A DNA stretch of 64,000 bases from Octopus bimaculoides (GCF_001194135.2 NC_068985.1:123749516-123813515); one strand, 5' to 3'. Numbered from the stretch's first letter, positions 13,519 to 26,394 are shown. Notes: a model not told the origin generated them from the letters alone. Numbers and translations: made by a program.

Positions 13519-14009
13519 TGAATTCATGTGCGTGTGTATGTACCTATGTATGTAAGTATGTATGTGTGTCTGTGTGCGTGCGTGTGCGTGGAGGAGGTGT
13601 ACATATATGTGTGCAAAAATATGTGTTAGTGTATACACGTTATATAGATCTCTAATTTATTTGCTTGGTTGTATGCACAGCTGTAAGATATAAAGAAAGC
13701 ACCTTTACACAAAAGTAAAAACACAGGCTTATACTTATATGGAAACGAGTGTTGATAAACTGTATATTGTGTATACGAGTTTGTATTATATATGTATGTG
13801 TGAGTGTGTATGCACCCTCAAAAATTTTCTGCACACAAACACCACTACCCAACAAACTTGCATTAGATATATATTATATATAGTGTGTGAGTGTATATGT
13901 GTATATTGCATTTATTTCAAGCTTCCAATAAATATGACAAATCCCTGTATTTTGTCTTGCGTTCTCCCTTTTCTCCTCTTTCATAAGACATGTCACTGTA
14001 ACACAATGT

Positions 14010-14600
14010 CCCCTACACATTTCTCCATTATATTATCATCCTGGTTAAACAGTTGTAACTGACCCAAGAGGATTGTAGGAGTCTGGTAATAATTGGACAT
14101 CGCGTCAGAATTCTCGGGAGATACTGCAGGTTGCTTCAGAGTCTGCAGTCTCTCAAAGAGATGGATTCAGCAGTTACGTAATCCATTAACATATGAATTA
14201 CTACATCGACATTGTTCCACGCCGCAGTGGAGAAGTCATGTCTTTGGTTTCTATATTTCAAAATAAAATGGGCCACAGGAGTGAAATTTATCGTGTCCCT
14301 GGACTATAAAATGTGCAAATGTTGTGTATAATGACATTTTTAAACTACGGCTTTGGTAAGATAACATCTCTTCATCGGAAAATGGGTTTAATCTCAGCTA
14401 TTATAAATGGGTTGCTGAGGCAGGGACTGTGCAGATATAGACATTTGATTGTGGTATGTAACGCTGGAAGTCGTTTGTCTATGCAAGTATAACTAAACTT
14501 TACACTATGTGAGTTGAAGAGTTTGTGGCATTTGTGTATGTTGCAAGAAAGTGGTGTTAGTGTCCTTGAAAAACTAGAAAGTTTCAAGTGATGTGTCAAT
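14010..14600 (-). mobile_element. Decayed Penelope-like element, GIY-YIG endonuclease region
   Basis: Minus-strand translation HKCHKLFNSHSVKFSYTCID...CLSNPFIIAEI...NFTPVAHFILKY...WNNV...DCRL resembles my recollection of the Penelope pre-endonuclease KxFNxxxVKxSYSC motif and GIY-YIG C-terminal pattern; stops and frameshifts present. Confidence 0.55.
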
Positions 14601-15484
14601 TAGGGGGTTTAAACCGGATTAGTTTCCATTTCCTAATTCTCGTCTGGGTGGTTTACAGTTTTCCTTATACACTAACTTAAACACTAACTCATTAAAACTA
14701 CTCCTGGTTAAGGCTTCCTTAGAGTAGAGGGCTGCCCTGTCAAAAATTTCTCAATTAAACGATAAGCTGCAGACACTTTATTTACCTGACTGTAGATTCC
14801 TACATTTAATGTTACAAAATACATTCGCTCATAGTTATGCGCCCGCGCGCAAGCATTATAGGTCCAGACAGATATTGCATACTATTTTTACTACAGACAC
14901 TCTCTTCATAAGCAATCGACTGAAGATGACAACTATTATGGTAGCTTTTGATGCTATCGCTCCCCGCAGTGATGCTGAGCTTCATTGATGTTGTCAGTGA
15001 ATGGTCGAGTTCTTTTCGATCTGTACACCGTAGCACGCTTCCTCTCACTGTTTTCTAAGCAGCCACTACAAACCACATGCAGCTGCAACCACTATAAACT
15101 TGTTGCATCTACTTTGTTTTACACCTCACCAATGATATGTAATTTACTTACACCTTTGTCTTTCTCTCTCATGCCTTTGCCATATCCATAAGGAAGCATG
15201 TTTTGCTACCCACTCCAAACCACCTCTCACTAATCTGCTATCCTTCTAAATCCAATGCCAGCCAGGCAAGAGATCACGGATTTAGGTAAAACCTATGCCA
15301 TTCCTCTATACACACAGTGCACTTCTATTGGATTACCATCATATGTTTTACATGTTTCCTAAGTCTTATTTTACCCCCTTCCCTTTACATGCACACTTTA
15401 TATTGCCTTATAAAAAGTCTGTATATTTTCGTTAAACGAAGCTTATGCTTTGATGTTATAATGTCAGAGTGTTGGTTCTTCGTT

Positions 15485-15689
15485 GCAGAAACGTTAGCAC
15501 GCCGGGCGAAATGCTTAACGGTATTTCGTTTGTCTTTACGTTCTGAGTTCAAATTCCACCGAGGTCGACTTTGCCTTTCATCCTTTCGGGGTCGATAAAT
15601 TAAGTAGCAGTTGCATACTGGGATGGATATAATCGACTGGCCCCCTCCCGCAAAATTTCGGGCCCTGTGCCTAGAGTAGAAAAGAATAT
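15485..15689 (+). mobile_element. Family-A tRNA-derived SINE, near-consensus copy (tail type 1)
   Basis: Head GCAGAAACGTTAGC, B-box GAGTTCAAATTCC, body GAGGTCGACTTTGCCTTTCATCCTTTCGGGGTCGATAAA, tail GTGCCTAGAGTAGAAAAGAATAT. Confidence 0.9.
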
Positions 15690-15701
15690 GACTTAAGAAC
15701 G

Positions 15702-15943
15702 TAAGGTGGCGAGCTGGCAGAATTGTTAGCACAGCAGGTAAAATGCTTAGCGACATTTTGTGCGTCCTTACGGCCTGAGCTCCGCCGAGGTCGATTTGCT
15801 TTTCGTCTTTTCTGGAGTTGATAAAATAAGCATCAGTTGAAAACAGGTGATAAAATAAGTATCAGTTGAAAACAGGGGTCAAAATAATCGATTTATCTCC
15901 TCAACACAAATTACTAACCTAGTGCCAAAATTAGAAACCAATA
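15702..15943 (+). mobile_element. Family-A SINE with an internal ~30-bp tandem duplication
   Basis: Head TAAGGTGGCGAGCTGGCAGAATTGTTAGC; TCAGTTGAAAACAGG occurs twice at about 15833-15880. Confidence 0.85.
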
Positions 15944-16385
15944 TAATTTAAGAACTCGTGTGCATGTCTCAAATCCATATCGCCGTTTTGCTCTGTCTTA
16001 CTCTTACCGTGGAAAACGATTGGAATTGGATACAACTCTTGTTCATTCTTATTCTACTGGCAATGTTGCATTTAATGCATAAGCAAGAATACGAAAGATT
16101 TGGTTATGTCACCAGGCGCACTCTGCAAGAAGTGACTTCTATGCTAGCAGAATATGTTCAACGAAGTTTATCTTGTAACTTATATATTCATATACATTAA
16201 CATCTAAGACATCACCGTGATATTTCGTATCTCCACTGTCCCTCATTCTATTCATATATGTATATGTATGTATGTATGTATGTATGTGAGTGTGAGTGTG
16301 TGTGTGTGTGTGTGTTATCACAATCGTATGTATGCATGTGCGAGTGTGAATATTCACGGAGAAAGTGCGTGAGAGGAAGGGGAGA

Positions 16386-16434
<49 letters not shown>

Positions 16435-17989
16435 AAGTGATAGAGAGAGAGAGAGTGATAGAGAAAGAGTGTGAGTGAGTAAGGGACAATCATTGATACT
16501 ATATTTGAATTGCGTTTAGCTTTGAGTTGAATGTATAATAGATAAAATTCAGATAAAAATAGGTAGCGAAAAAAATAGCTGGGAAGTGAAATATATTCTT
16601 TGAAGAAAACTGAATATAGGTCGTTCTATTAACTGCATAGAGACACTATGAATAAGCTTACTACATGTGTTTATGTGTGTGTCTCTGTTAGTGTGCATGC
16701 ATACGCGCACGCACACACACACACGCACACACACACACATACACACACACACACACACACTCACACGCATACGCGCATACACGAACATAAACACAAAGAG
16801 ATTTATAACATACACAGCTATGATAGCTACGCCTGAAACACTGAAAAAAAAATCCAAGACTTGCAGAATATANNNNNNNNNNATACACAGCTATGATAGC
16901 TACGCCTGAAACACTGAAAAAAAAATCCAAGACTTGCAGAATATACATACATACATGCATACATACATTCATACATACATACATACATACATACATACAT
17001 ACATACACACACATACACACACACACATATATACACACACATACATAATACACTCACATACACATATACATGTATATATATACATGGACCTACGTTTACA
17101 CATACAAGATCACATAACATACACATATATATTTCCACTGTAGCACAATTACCTATATATATATATGTATATATATATGTATGTGTGTGTGTGTGTGTTC
17201 CCTAGAACTCTATGCAATACATTATATAAATAATTGCTTCATATTTTCTTGTTTTTAAATATTTATTTTACTTTTCATCTTTCCTATTCTTCTTTTGACT
17301 CAGTGCAACAACGTGAAGAATGCAACATTTCCTACAAATCGATTGTTTTACAGTAGTTAATGAGCACTCCCCTTTTATATACAGCTTCAATATTACAGCG
17401 CTATTAGTCCACGATGTTCGTAAACAAGATTCTTATTGGCTGCTGGTCATTATAGAGGAAATACGTATTTGACATTTTTATCGTCCGTATCGACAGTGAA
17501 GCAATTATATATTCAGGAATTCACGTGTTGAGGAAGGAGATTCACTGGTGCCAGGGTTATAGCAGAGCTAACAAAACCAAGTGATGGAATTCCTTCACCA
17601 ACTATATGTATTTCTACTCCACACTATTACCACACTAACCCTGCTAGATGCATTGTGTATGCATGTATAAGTGTGTGTGTGCGCGCGCGTCTCTGTGGGT
17701 GTGCATCTGCGCTGCAAAAGATTAGTTAATCTCGAGTTCGTTTTGACAGCGGGATGTTGGAGCAAGTGTCATATTCCATAGCTTTTGCTTTGTGTCGACC
17801 CATACATTTTAAGTGGAACTGGCTAGAAGAAAACGCTGTGTGCGTGTGCGTGAGTGCGCGATGTGTGTTTGTGTATTTGTGTGTGTGCGCGTGCATAAGT
17901 ATGTGTGTGTATAACATGCATGTATATGCATGTACGTATATATGTGTTATGGATTTATATGCATCTATGCTTCTTGCATGTATGCATGC

Positions 17990-18066
<77 letters not shown>

Positions 18067-18879
18067 AGGTGGTGTCCCACCATGGCTGCAATCTAAATAT
18101 TGAAATAAGTAAAAGATAAAAAATATATGCATGTATGTACATAAATACATACATGCATACATACATACATACATACATACATACATACATACATACATAC
18201 GTATACACACAAAATGCCCAATCATTTCATTTATTTCTTCATTTTTCTTTCCTGATTTGTCAGTGATATTTTTCTGTTTTAACCCAGTCACCCGATTCGT
18301 ATATAATTTATCGACCAACCTTAGTTGGTAGGTTATTATGTAAACTGTTAATAAAAGAAATAAATAACAAAGATAATATTCAATGACTGCTTGTAATTCT
18401 TTGCGCCACCATCGAATTCTTTGATAGTTTAGGAAGAGGAAGTAAGCGTCTGACGAGAAGAAAAAAACGCACCAAGACCTTCCATTATACTAATTGCTAA
18501 GGACGAATATTCATTTATGAGCAAATGAACCCGGTGTGGAATCCATATCAAGTATTCCTTTTCAGGTTGAAATCATACGCATGCGCTCTTAGACAGAACG
18601 TAATAGGCTGGATGAAATGCCTCCAAGCATTTCGTCCGACGCGCTAAAAATTCCAGCAGCTCGCCTCCTTGCAGCCGCAAAGGCCCAAAATATTGAAAAG
18701 AATATGAAAGGAGTAAATACAACACACACACAATTGGTTTACATCGATCAAATTAAAGTCAGCAAGAAAAAGAATATAATAAAAACATAGAAATAAAATA
18801 AGTAAATAAAATATTCAATGAAATGCCCCCAAATCTGTTTAGAGTAACTTGGGTAGGAGGAAGACTAATCGTTTCAAAG

Positions 18880-19272
18880 TTCAGGATATGTCTAACAATT
18901 TTAGGGCTGGATGATAGTCCATTGTATTGACTGGTATTTTATTCTGTCCATCGAAAAGGATGAGATGCAAAGTTGATTAGGGGAGAGTTTGAACTCGGAT
19001 CCTAAGCAGCCGGAACAAATGACGCTAAGCATTTTGTCCATTGCTCTGACGATTCTGTTAACTAATGATTCTTTCTACTGTAGGCACAAGGCCTGAAACG
19101 TGGGGAAGGGTGCTAGTCGATCACATCTATTCTAGTGCATGGCTCCACTTATTTTATCGACCTCAAAAAGATGAAAGGCAAAGTTGACCCCGACGGAATT
19201 TCAACTCAGATCGTGAAGACAGACGAAATGGTACTAAGCATTGTGTTCGGTAAGCGAACGTTTCTGCCAGCT
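18880..19272 (-). mobile_element. Two tandem family-A SINE copies; head of the second abuts (AAT)n
   Basis: ATCGACCTCAAAAAGATGAAAGGCAAAGTTGACCCCGACGGAATTTCAACTCAG and a preceding decayed copy. Confidence 0.8.
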
Positions 19273-19277
19273 TAATG

Positions 19278-19341
<64 letters not shown>

Positions 19342-19345
19342 TAAT

Positions 19346-19886
19346 GATACCAGGCAGTGGCTCTCATGGCTTCTGATCTTAATTGATTGGAAGTGTTATC
19401 ATGTACATTGTTTTGTCTTGGTATAAAAAGATGGGCTACAGCAAATATTCTGCTTAATATCACAGATTTGCTTGTTAGTTGTTTGATCTTAATCAGTTGA
19501 GCATGTCCCTTAGTGGCTGGCGATATGTGCACCTCTGATCACGAGCAGAAGTAGTGGGGGAGCATCATAGTCATGTGTTGAGAGGTAGTCTTTGGAGTTT
19601 GAATAATTCACCTTTGGAAACATGAGTGCTTTGCTCAACATCCTTAAACAAACCTTATTCAGGGACCTTTTGAGCGGGATGGGCTACTCAACCTGAAGAA
19701 AATTCTAACTGGGCCCCACCTGCGAGGTCATGCGCTGTTTATCTTGATATGAGATCACCATTTCGCACACATATAGTTGTGATGCATGTGCCTGGTGTAC
19801 CCTTATCAGACGGGTAGTCATGATGGGTATAATGGGCTTCATATATTTGATCTCAGTATCACTTTGATGGTATGCACTGCTCTCTC
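19346..19886. mobile_element. Unclassified ~540-bp element inside an (AAT)n microsatellite
   Basis: Complex, GC-richer sequence bounded sharply by (AAT)n on both sides; no long ORF; only one copy in this window. Confidence 0.5.
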
Positions 19887-19917
19887 AATAAGAATAATAA
19901 TAATAATAACAACAACA

Positions 19918-20040
19918 ATGATGATGATGATGATGATGATGACGGTGATGATGATGATGATGATGACGACGACGACGACGATGACGATGATGATGACGAC
20001 GACGACGACGATGACGATGACGATGATGACGATGAAGATT
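19918..20040. repeat. (GAT)n/(GAC)n trinucleotide microsatellite
   Basis: Direct repeats; source of the poly-D, poly-M and poly-H ORFs. Confidence 0.95.
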
Positions 20041-20074
20041 TTCTTTTAAATTTACTCGGCAGTAAGCCAGCACT

Positions 20075-20510
20075 GATGTGAAAATGAATAAGAAATGGTT
20101 CAAGTATATTCCAAACTCATCAGACAGCAACAACCTAGGCTCAATAATCTGTGATACGCATCCGTCAAACTGACAATGAGATCAAGGCGAACCGTCGAGT
20201 GACATCATTTGAAGCCGGAAAACAAACGCATGCACGCTGATTAACATTGCAATCCCTTCTGACAAAAATATTGTCCGAAAAGAAGTGGAAAAGCTATCAA
20301 AATACAAGCGCCTTGGAATTGATTTATTCAAAATGTGGGGCAAGAGAATGACAAATTACTAATAGTAACTGGAGTCTAATGTATGCTTAAAATATATAAA
20401 AAGAAAGATAGAAGACATACCTGTGCTCACAAAACTACACACTGTCCAAGGCATAGGTCTGCTACGAGCAGCCACAGATTAAGCAAGATTCAATAGAATA
20501 GCACAAATAG
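20075..20510 (+). mobile_element. Decayed R4/Dong-type LINE 3' fragment (restriction-like endonuclease region)
   Basis: Piecewise translation NKKWFKYIP...QTDNEIKANRR...INIAIPSDKNIVRKEVEKLSKYKRLGIDLFKMWG, parallel to the copies at 33776 and 44815. Confidence 0.7.
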
Positions 20511-20964
20511 AAGAATTTTTGCACGCAATATGCAGCTAATAATCTAAAACAACACAACTCGTGTAAGCCATCACACCTGATTGTGTCCTCCACCTTCAGA
20601 TGAATGCTGAGACTACACCTTTTCACTAGTGCTATACGCGTCATTCTTACTCACCTTTCAGCAAATATGTTGCTCTACTCTTTTCACCTTCAACTTTTTT
20701 CTCCAAGTGAAACGTCTATGTCTTCTCTGTCCATTCAATCTCATCCCCGTAATCTCTTTCGCTATAGCTACCAACCAAGCGAAAACTACCCATCCTTCTC
20801 AGCCGAAAGGAGATAATCCGCTTTAGACATAGCATCAGCTCTTCGACATAACTGTACTATTTAGTTATGCTCAGACACTGAACATTCTCCTCTCCCTGCA
20901 AAGCAGTTTCGTCTCAATGTATGCATCTTGAAGAAGCCCGGTTTATCGTGCCTGTAGCGTTTAT

Positions 20965-21160
20965 TCGGAACTAACAACTGCCTGAAATTTTGTGGGAGAG
21001 GACTAGTCGATTACATTGACCCTAGTGCTCCATTCATTGGTGCATACTGCTTCGCACCAAAGGATGAAAGGCAATGTCGACCTCGGCGGAATTTGAACTC
21101 ACAACGTAAAGACAGGCGAAATGTTGCTAAGCATTTTGTCCTGCGCGCTATCGTTACTAC
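20965..21160 (-). mobile_element. Family-A SINE; head abuts (AAT)n at 21168-21244
   Basis: AAGGATGAAAGGCAATGTCGACCTCGGCGGAATTTGAACTCACAACGTAAAGACAGGCGAAAT. Confidence 0.85.
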
Positions 21161-21168
21161 AAGTTCGC

Positions 21169-21244
<76 letters not shown>

Positions 21245-21465
21245 GGACGGGCTAGCGATACCGTCGGGGAGGATATGAAGCAGATAGAAGAGACGGGCTA
21301 TAAGTACTTGGGGATATTGGAAATAGATAATTTGATGGAGAAAGAAATGACAAAAATTTAAGGTGGAATACTTGCACAGATTGAGACTGATCCTTAAGAA
21401 GAAATTAAACGGACGGAATAAGACTGAAGCTATCAACACCTGGGCGGTTTCACTATATATATAGT
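21245..21465 (+). mobile_element. R4/Dong-type LINE fragment (RT thumb region) directly after (AAT)n
   Basis: EETGYKYLGILEIDNL...EYLHRLRLILKKKLNGRNKTEAINTWAVSL with a frameshift. Confidence 0.8.
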
Positions 21466-21534
21466 GAAGTCAGCATAAGTAGAGGAATATTCCAATGTGA
21501 TACACTCTCACCGCTGTTATTTGATGTTTCTCTT

Positions 21535-22990
21535 ATCTCTCTTAATCTTGAAAGAGGCTAAATCATGGTACAAATTTAGCAAGAAAATAAACCACTTTCT
21601 GTTTATCGACAACCTGAAATTATTTGGTGAAATTGGGAAAGCATTAGATTCACGGGTTCAGATTGCTAGTGTTGTGAGGGATAGCACTGACATGAAGTGA
21701 TAAAGAGAAGAAAATATCCAAATCAGAAGAGATTAAATTCCCAAATGTGACATCAATCTGAGCAATGAATGAATGTGACAATTACAAGTACCTAGGTGTA
21801 TTGGAGGCAGATAGAATCGTGTGCTAAGAAATGAAAGACAAGATGAGAAACTAATATCTCGGGAGATTAAACAAAGTGTTAAGCTCAAAACTGAATGAAG
21901 GCAAAAGCAGTAAACACTTGGGCGGTCTCTCTGATACGATATTTTGTTGCTTTTCTGAACTGGAAAAAGGAAGAGCTAAGAGGCGTAGATTGTAATACCA
22001 GAAAGATAATGTCCATGTACTGGTCACCACATCCCAGACACAGTTAAACCTACCACAGCAGGAGCGAGACGACTGGTAGTAATAGAAGACTGTAGTGATG
22101 GCAAAGTATACGAGAAGCAACTCAGAAAGACAGATTTCAGCTGCAAGAGGAGAAAAGAAAGAAGCTGTGGAGACGGCAAGGAAACATAAGAAAAGAAGAC
22201 AACAGAAGTGAGAAAGAAACATCTGGGGAAAAGTATTACACGGTCAGCATCTAAAGCAAACGCAGGATGTCGCAGTAGAGAATTTTTGGTTATGGCTGAA
22301 GTATGGAGACCTTAAACAACAAACAGAAGGACTCATAATGGCTGCTCAAAGCCAATCATTGCGGACGCGTATTATTAAAGCAAAAATAAATAAATCCGCA
22401 AAGAATTCAAAGTTCAGATGAAATAATGAGGAGGAGAAACTCGTTAAGTAGTTTCTGTAGTCGTTTGACACGAAAGGAATATAGACGCAGATAAGAGGGT
22501 GCAGTCAAGGCACTACACTGGACGTTATTACGGCAAAAAGGATGGAAAGTAGGGAGAAAATGATACCAACATCAAACAGAAAGTGTAATAGAGAATGATC
22601 AGTATAAGGTTTTATGACATTTTAATGTACAATGCATCATCATATATTTGGCTATATCTGCAGACACGAATGCAGGGGCCAAAGAACAAATGAAAACAGG
22701 AAAATTCCAGGGTTTGACTAGATATATACAACGATTGTATATATCTAGTAATCCCAGTTGTTGTAGGTGTTTTAGGTACCGTCACCAACAGACTTAACTG
22801 TTCCTTCATTGAGACTGGTGTTACCACAAGAGTTGCACCAATTCAGAAACCTGCTCTATTGCGAACAGCAAGGATTGTAAGAAAGGTCTTTGATATCTAA
22901 GGAAACTGGTTGTGACCCGGTATCAAGGACATTCTTTCCGAATGTAAAACATTCGTGCACACCATGAACAACAACAAAAACAATGCTAAT
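21535..22990 (+). mobile_element. 5'-truncated decayed R4/Dong-type LINE ending in (TAA)n
   Basis: KINHFLFIDNLKLFG (RT active-site region), YKYLGVLEAD, WGKVLHGQHL, WLKYGDLKQQTEGLIMAAQSQSLRTR, VIPVVVGVLG, IQKPALLRTARIVRKVFDI*, then a short 3'UTR and AAT repeats. Confidence 0.85.
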
Positions 22991-23039
22991 AATAATAATA
23001 ATATATGCTAATGATGATGATGATTTATAATATTGGAAT

Positions 23040-23195
23040 AAAGCCATATATTTGTGGACAAAGAGTAGTCTATTAACTCATCTTGTCTGTTTTGTATTTT
23101 ATCGACTCCGGAAGGATGAAAGGCAAAGTCTGCCTCGATGGGATTTGAAATCAGAACTTAGTAAACGAATACTGGTTGGTCCGATGTTTTTCCCG
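23040..23195 (-). mobile_element. Family-A SINE, decayed
   Basis: TTATCGACTCCGGAAGGATGAAAGGCAAAGTCTGCCTCGATGGGATTTGAAATCAGAAC. Confidence 0.75.
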
Positions 23196-23999
23196 TTCTC
23201 TCACTCCATTGACTTCTATAATATTGATTACTATCATTAATAATATTGATTCCACTCATCAATATTATTGATTTATATTGATAACAAACGGCTGGAAGAC
23301 AAGCAAGCAAACAACCAGACACACACACACACACANNNNNNNNNNNNNNNNNNNNNNNNNNNNNNNNNNNNNNNNNNNNNNNNNNNNNNNNNNNNNNNNN
23401 NNNNNNNNNNNNNNNNNNNNNNNNNNNNNNNNNNNNNNNNNNNNNNNNNNNNNNNNNNNNNNNNNNNNNNNNNNNNNNNNNNNNNNNNNNNNNNNNNNNN
23501 NNNNNNNNNNNNNNNNNNNNNNNNNNNNNNNNNNNNNNNNNNNNNNNNNNNNNNNNNNNNNNNNNNNNNNNNATTACATATGTATATATAAATGTAAGAA
23601 TATATATACATATATCCATATGTGTACATATATATGATTACATATGTATATATAAATGTAAGAATATATATACATATATGTGCATATATATGCATCTTGA
23701 TATACATAAACATATGAGTGTTTATGTGTGTATGTATGTATAAGGGACTTGAACGTTTGCCAAAATTACCCACACAAACAACCGAAACTGATGAATGAAT
23801 AACATAAAAGCTTGGATATAGAAACCAAAATTCCAAGAATTCGATGAAACAGATTAGATGAAGCAGATGGAAATAAAAGAGAAAATTAGTAAATAGAACT
23901 ACAGGACTGTTAAACAAGCAGTAATTACCGAAACGAATATAAGAAAGAAACCAACAACAATAATAATAATAATAATGATGGTGATAATATATATATATG

Positions 24000-24650
24000 A
24001 GTTAGTACCTCAGTTATTAAATTCAATATGATATACTAGAAGCTACGTGATTTGAGCAATTTAAATATGAAAAGTTAGAAAGCCACTGTCTGTATTCCCA
24101 AGTGTCTTATTTACTATATTTGCTGATGGAATATATTTGGCAACCAAAGAGGTAAGAAGGGATATTGTACAAATAGAGAATTATTCTAAAATAACCACTT
24201 TGAACCCATAGACATACTCGGAAAAGAACAAAGATTGTGTTATTAGAACAAGAGGGGAAAAAAAAAGTTAAGAAAACAGACATCCCTTTAAACAATTCAA
24301 AACAAAATAGAAGTAGGAAACAAATATAAAACAATTGAGTACATTGAGGAAATTCAATAACAAAAAAATAAAAATAAAAATAAAAATTAAAAGCAAAGGA
24401 AATCAAATAGGGATCCTAAAACAAGAAAAAAAATGAAAATTAGAATGAAAGCTCTTTCCATGCTCAGTGTCCGACAAGAATAGACAGATAAAAAGTAACC
24501 TAATACAAAAAAGTTAAAAAGAAGCAGAACAAAAGGACAACAACAGTTAAAAAGCTTTGAACTAAAAGCAGAAATAGAAAGCCTGATTTTTCCTGCACAG
24601 ATTCAATGTCCGGTGACTATGAACTTCAAATCAAAATCACAAAACCGGAA
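24000..24650 (+). mobile_element. Highly decayed R4/Dong-type LINE fragment (post-RT region)
   Basis: YLATKEVRRDIVQIENYSKITT (cf. YLPRxEGGRGL) and QLKSFELKAEIESLIFPAQ (cf. WLKYGDLKQQTEGLIMAAQ at 22290). Confidence 0.6.
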
Positions 24651-25586
24651 ACTAATTCTAGAGTAGGGAGTCAATATCAATAGAGAGTAGAACATCTTAT
24701 ACTTGATTGTTTGCTAGTTCTAGAAAGGAATTGAATATTGTTAAATTGTTACACACATGCACGCGCGCGCACATACACACACACATGCATACATATATAT
24801 ATACTGGGCAATATACTTGTACTTGCAGTTCATAAAATGTATGTCATAAACGCCAAACTATATACCTATAATATTCTGGGTTATAACCTGATACAGAAAT
24901 CGAAGTAAGTCAGACAGAACAGAAAGCATATTTACTACGACAGATATTTCTGCCTTACTTGGTAGCTCTAATCATTGTCTACTTCAATAAACACTATTAC
25001 TTATTTGTTTGGTGTCTTTAGTGGTATCTATGCTATCGCAAGCACTAGATGAGTGTTGTGGCCTGAGATTAACCCGATATCTTAATCTGCCGCTTTCTAA
25101 AGCAGCAACAATGTGCCGTATTTTCTGACTCTCCTCCCCCAACCGCAATAGTAATCATTATCTAATGCAGAGTTAGAAAAATAGAAAGGATTGTAAATTA
25201 CAATAAAGTTATGGTGATTGGAAGTGTAGTAATTAATGTTGATCACATTAACGAGGGTTTCTAAGTTTGGATCAAAGCCAGACATTAATGAAAGTGGATA
25301 TATAAACTTTATATGCCTAGTATTGTTTTTATTTATACTGAAAAAGTGTAAACCAAATTCGGACCCGGAATAATTTGAATTCACAATGGGAAAAGTTGTA
25401 ACTAAAGTCTGCAAAACGTTCAGTTAGGCACCCTGTCTTTCAATATTACCAATATCGATCTGGCTTTGTGCCAAAATTCGAAACCAATATTATCAATATC
25501 GATATAATGAGTGATGTGAACAAATTTATCAGTAGTAACAAGATCAGGGGATCACAATATTGGAAACATTCCGAAATCAGCAGTAC

Positions 25587-25827
25587 TCGGTACAATGATT
25601 CTTTCCAGCCTGAGAATAACTCTGCATCTTCATAATTTGTCTCTTATTTCAGCAGCTCTCGAACCGTGGCATCTCCATCGATTTCTTCCAACCAGTTCTG
25701 AAGGACCTGTAAAGGTCGCTGCTTTTCCTCATTCGAAAAAGCCACAAAGATATCTTAAAAAGTAAAATCCCACTTTCCGTATGGGATCGTTTCACCGATT
25801 TGCACACAGGATATATTCTACGTGAAA
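25587..25827 (-). pseudogene. Disabled death-domain-coding exon (pseudo-exon)
   Basis: After a CTTTCCTGCGTAG acceptor-like site: FHVEYILCANR*NDPIRKVGF[+1 frameshift]TF*DIFVAFSNEEKQRPLQVLQNWLEEIDGDATVRELLK*ETNYEDAELFSG, fitting the death-domain pattern W..L.R.LGF...I...L..W....ATV..L. Three stops and one frameshift. Confidence 0.6.
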
Positions 25828-26394
25828 CTACGCAGGAAAGCAATTTTGTTTATAGCTCAAATAATATAAACAGAGTCCAGTAGACCAATGGTAATCCATT
25901 TACTGACGACACACCAACGTTGTACACACCGCAGAAAAAGGGAAACGAACTTGAAATCGTTTACAAAACATGAATTAAAACTTGCAATAATAACCACAGC
26001 GCAAAGTCAGAAACTTTGTGGGGGGGGACCAATCGATTATTTTTTTTTGGGGGGGGGGACTACCATGGCTGGAATTGAGAATATAAAGTACTGCGACTAA
26101 ACGCCGATACTTTAATGATTTTGCCAACTCATATTGATAATAAATGCATCGACTTGTTTTGGAGACGTATGAGAGAATCGACCAATCAGTCGATGACTGA
26201 CACTTATTTTACCAATACCAGACGACTTATTTTTAAAGACACTTGATGACATTTAAACTTAGAACAAAGGACATATCTAAATTGGTGTTCGACATTAAAT
26301 GCCAACACGAGTATCCGATTCTACAAGTTCATCCATCTTACTACTACTACTACTACTACTACTAGTNNNNNNNNNNCTGCTGCTGCTGCTGCTG

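Noticed and set aside
16812-16945. ~62-bp direct repeat either side of a 10-N gap
   Set aside because: Identical copies flanking a fixed-size gap indicate unmerged contig overlap, as at 62369-62378.
17304-17580. Strong plus-strand acceptor at 17303 and nearby short frames
   Set aside because: All frames hit stops quickly and no good donor pairs with the acceptor.
20560-20900. Possible minus-strand RTE C-terminal relic (VRMTRIALVKRC...VE)
   Set aside because: Too degenerate to call without an alignment.
25097-25414. 105-aa minus-strand ORF downstream of the death-domain relic
   Set aside because: Starts at a non-ATG codon, is AT-rich, has no recognisable motif, and could not be linked in frame to the death domain.
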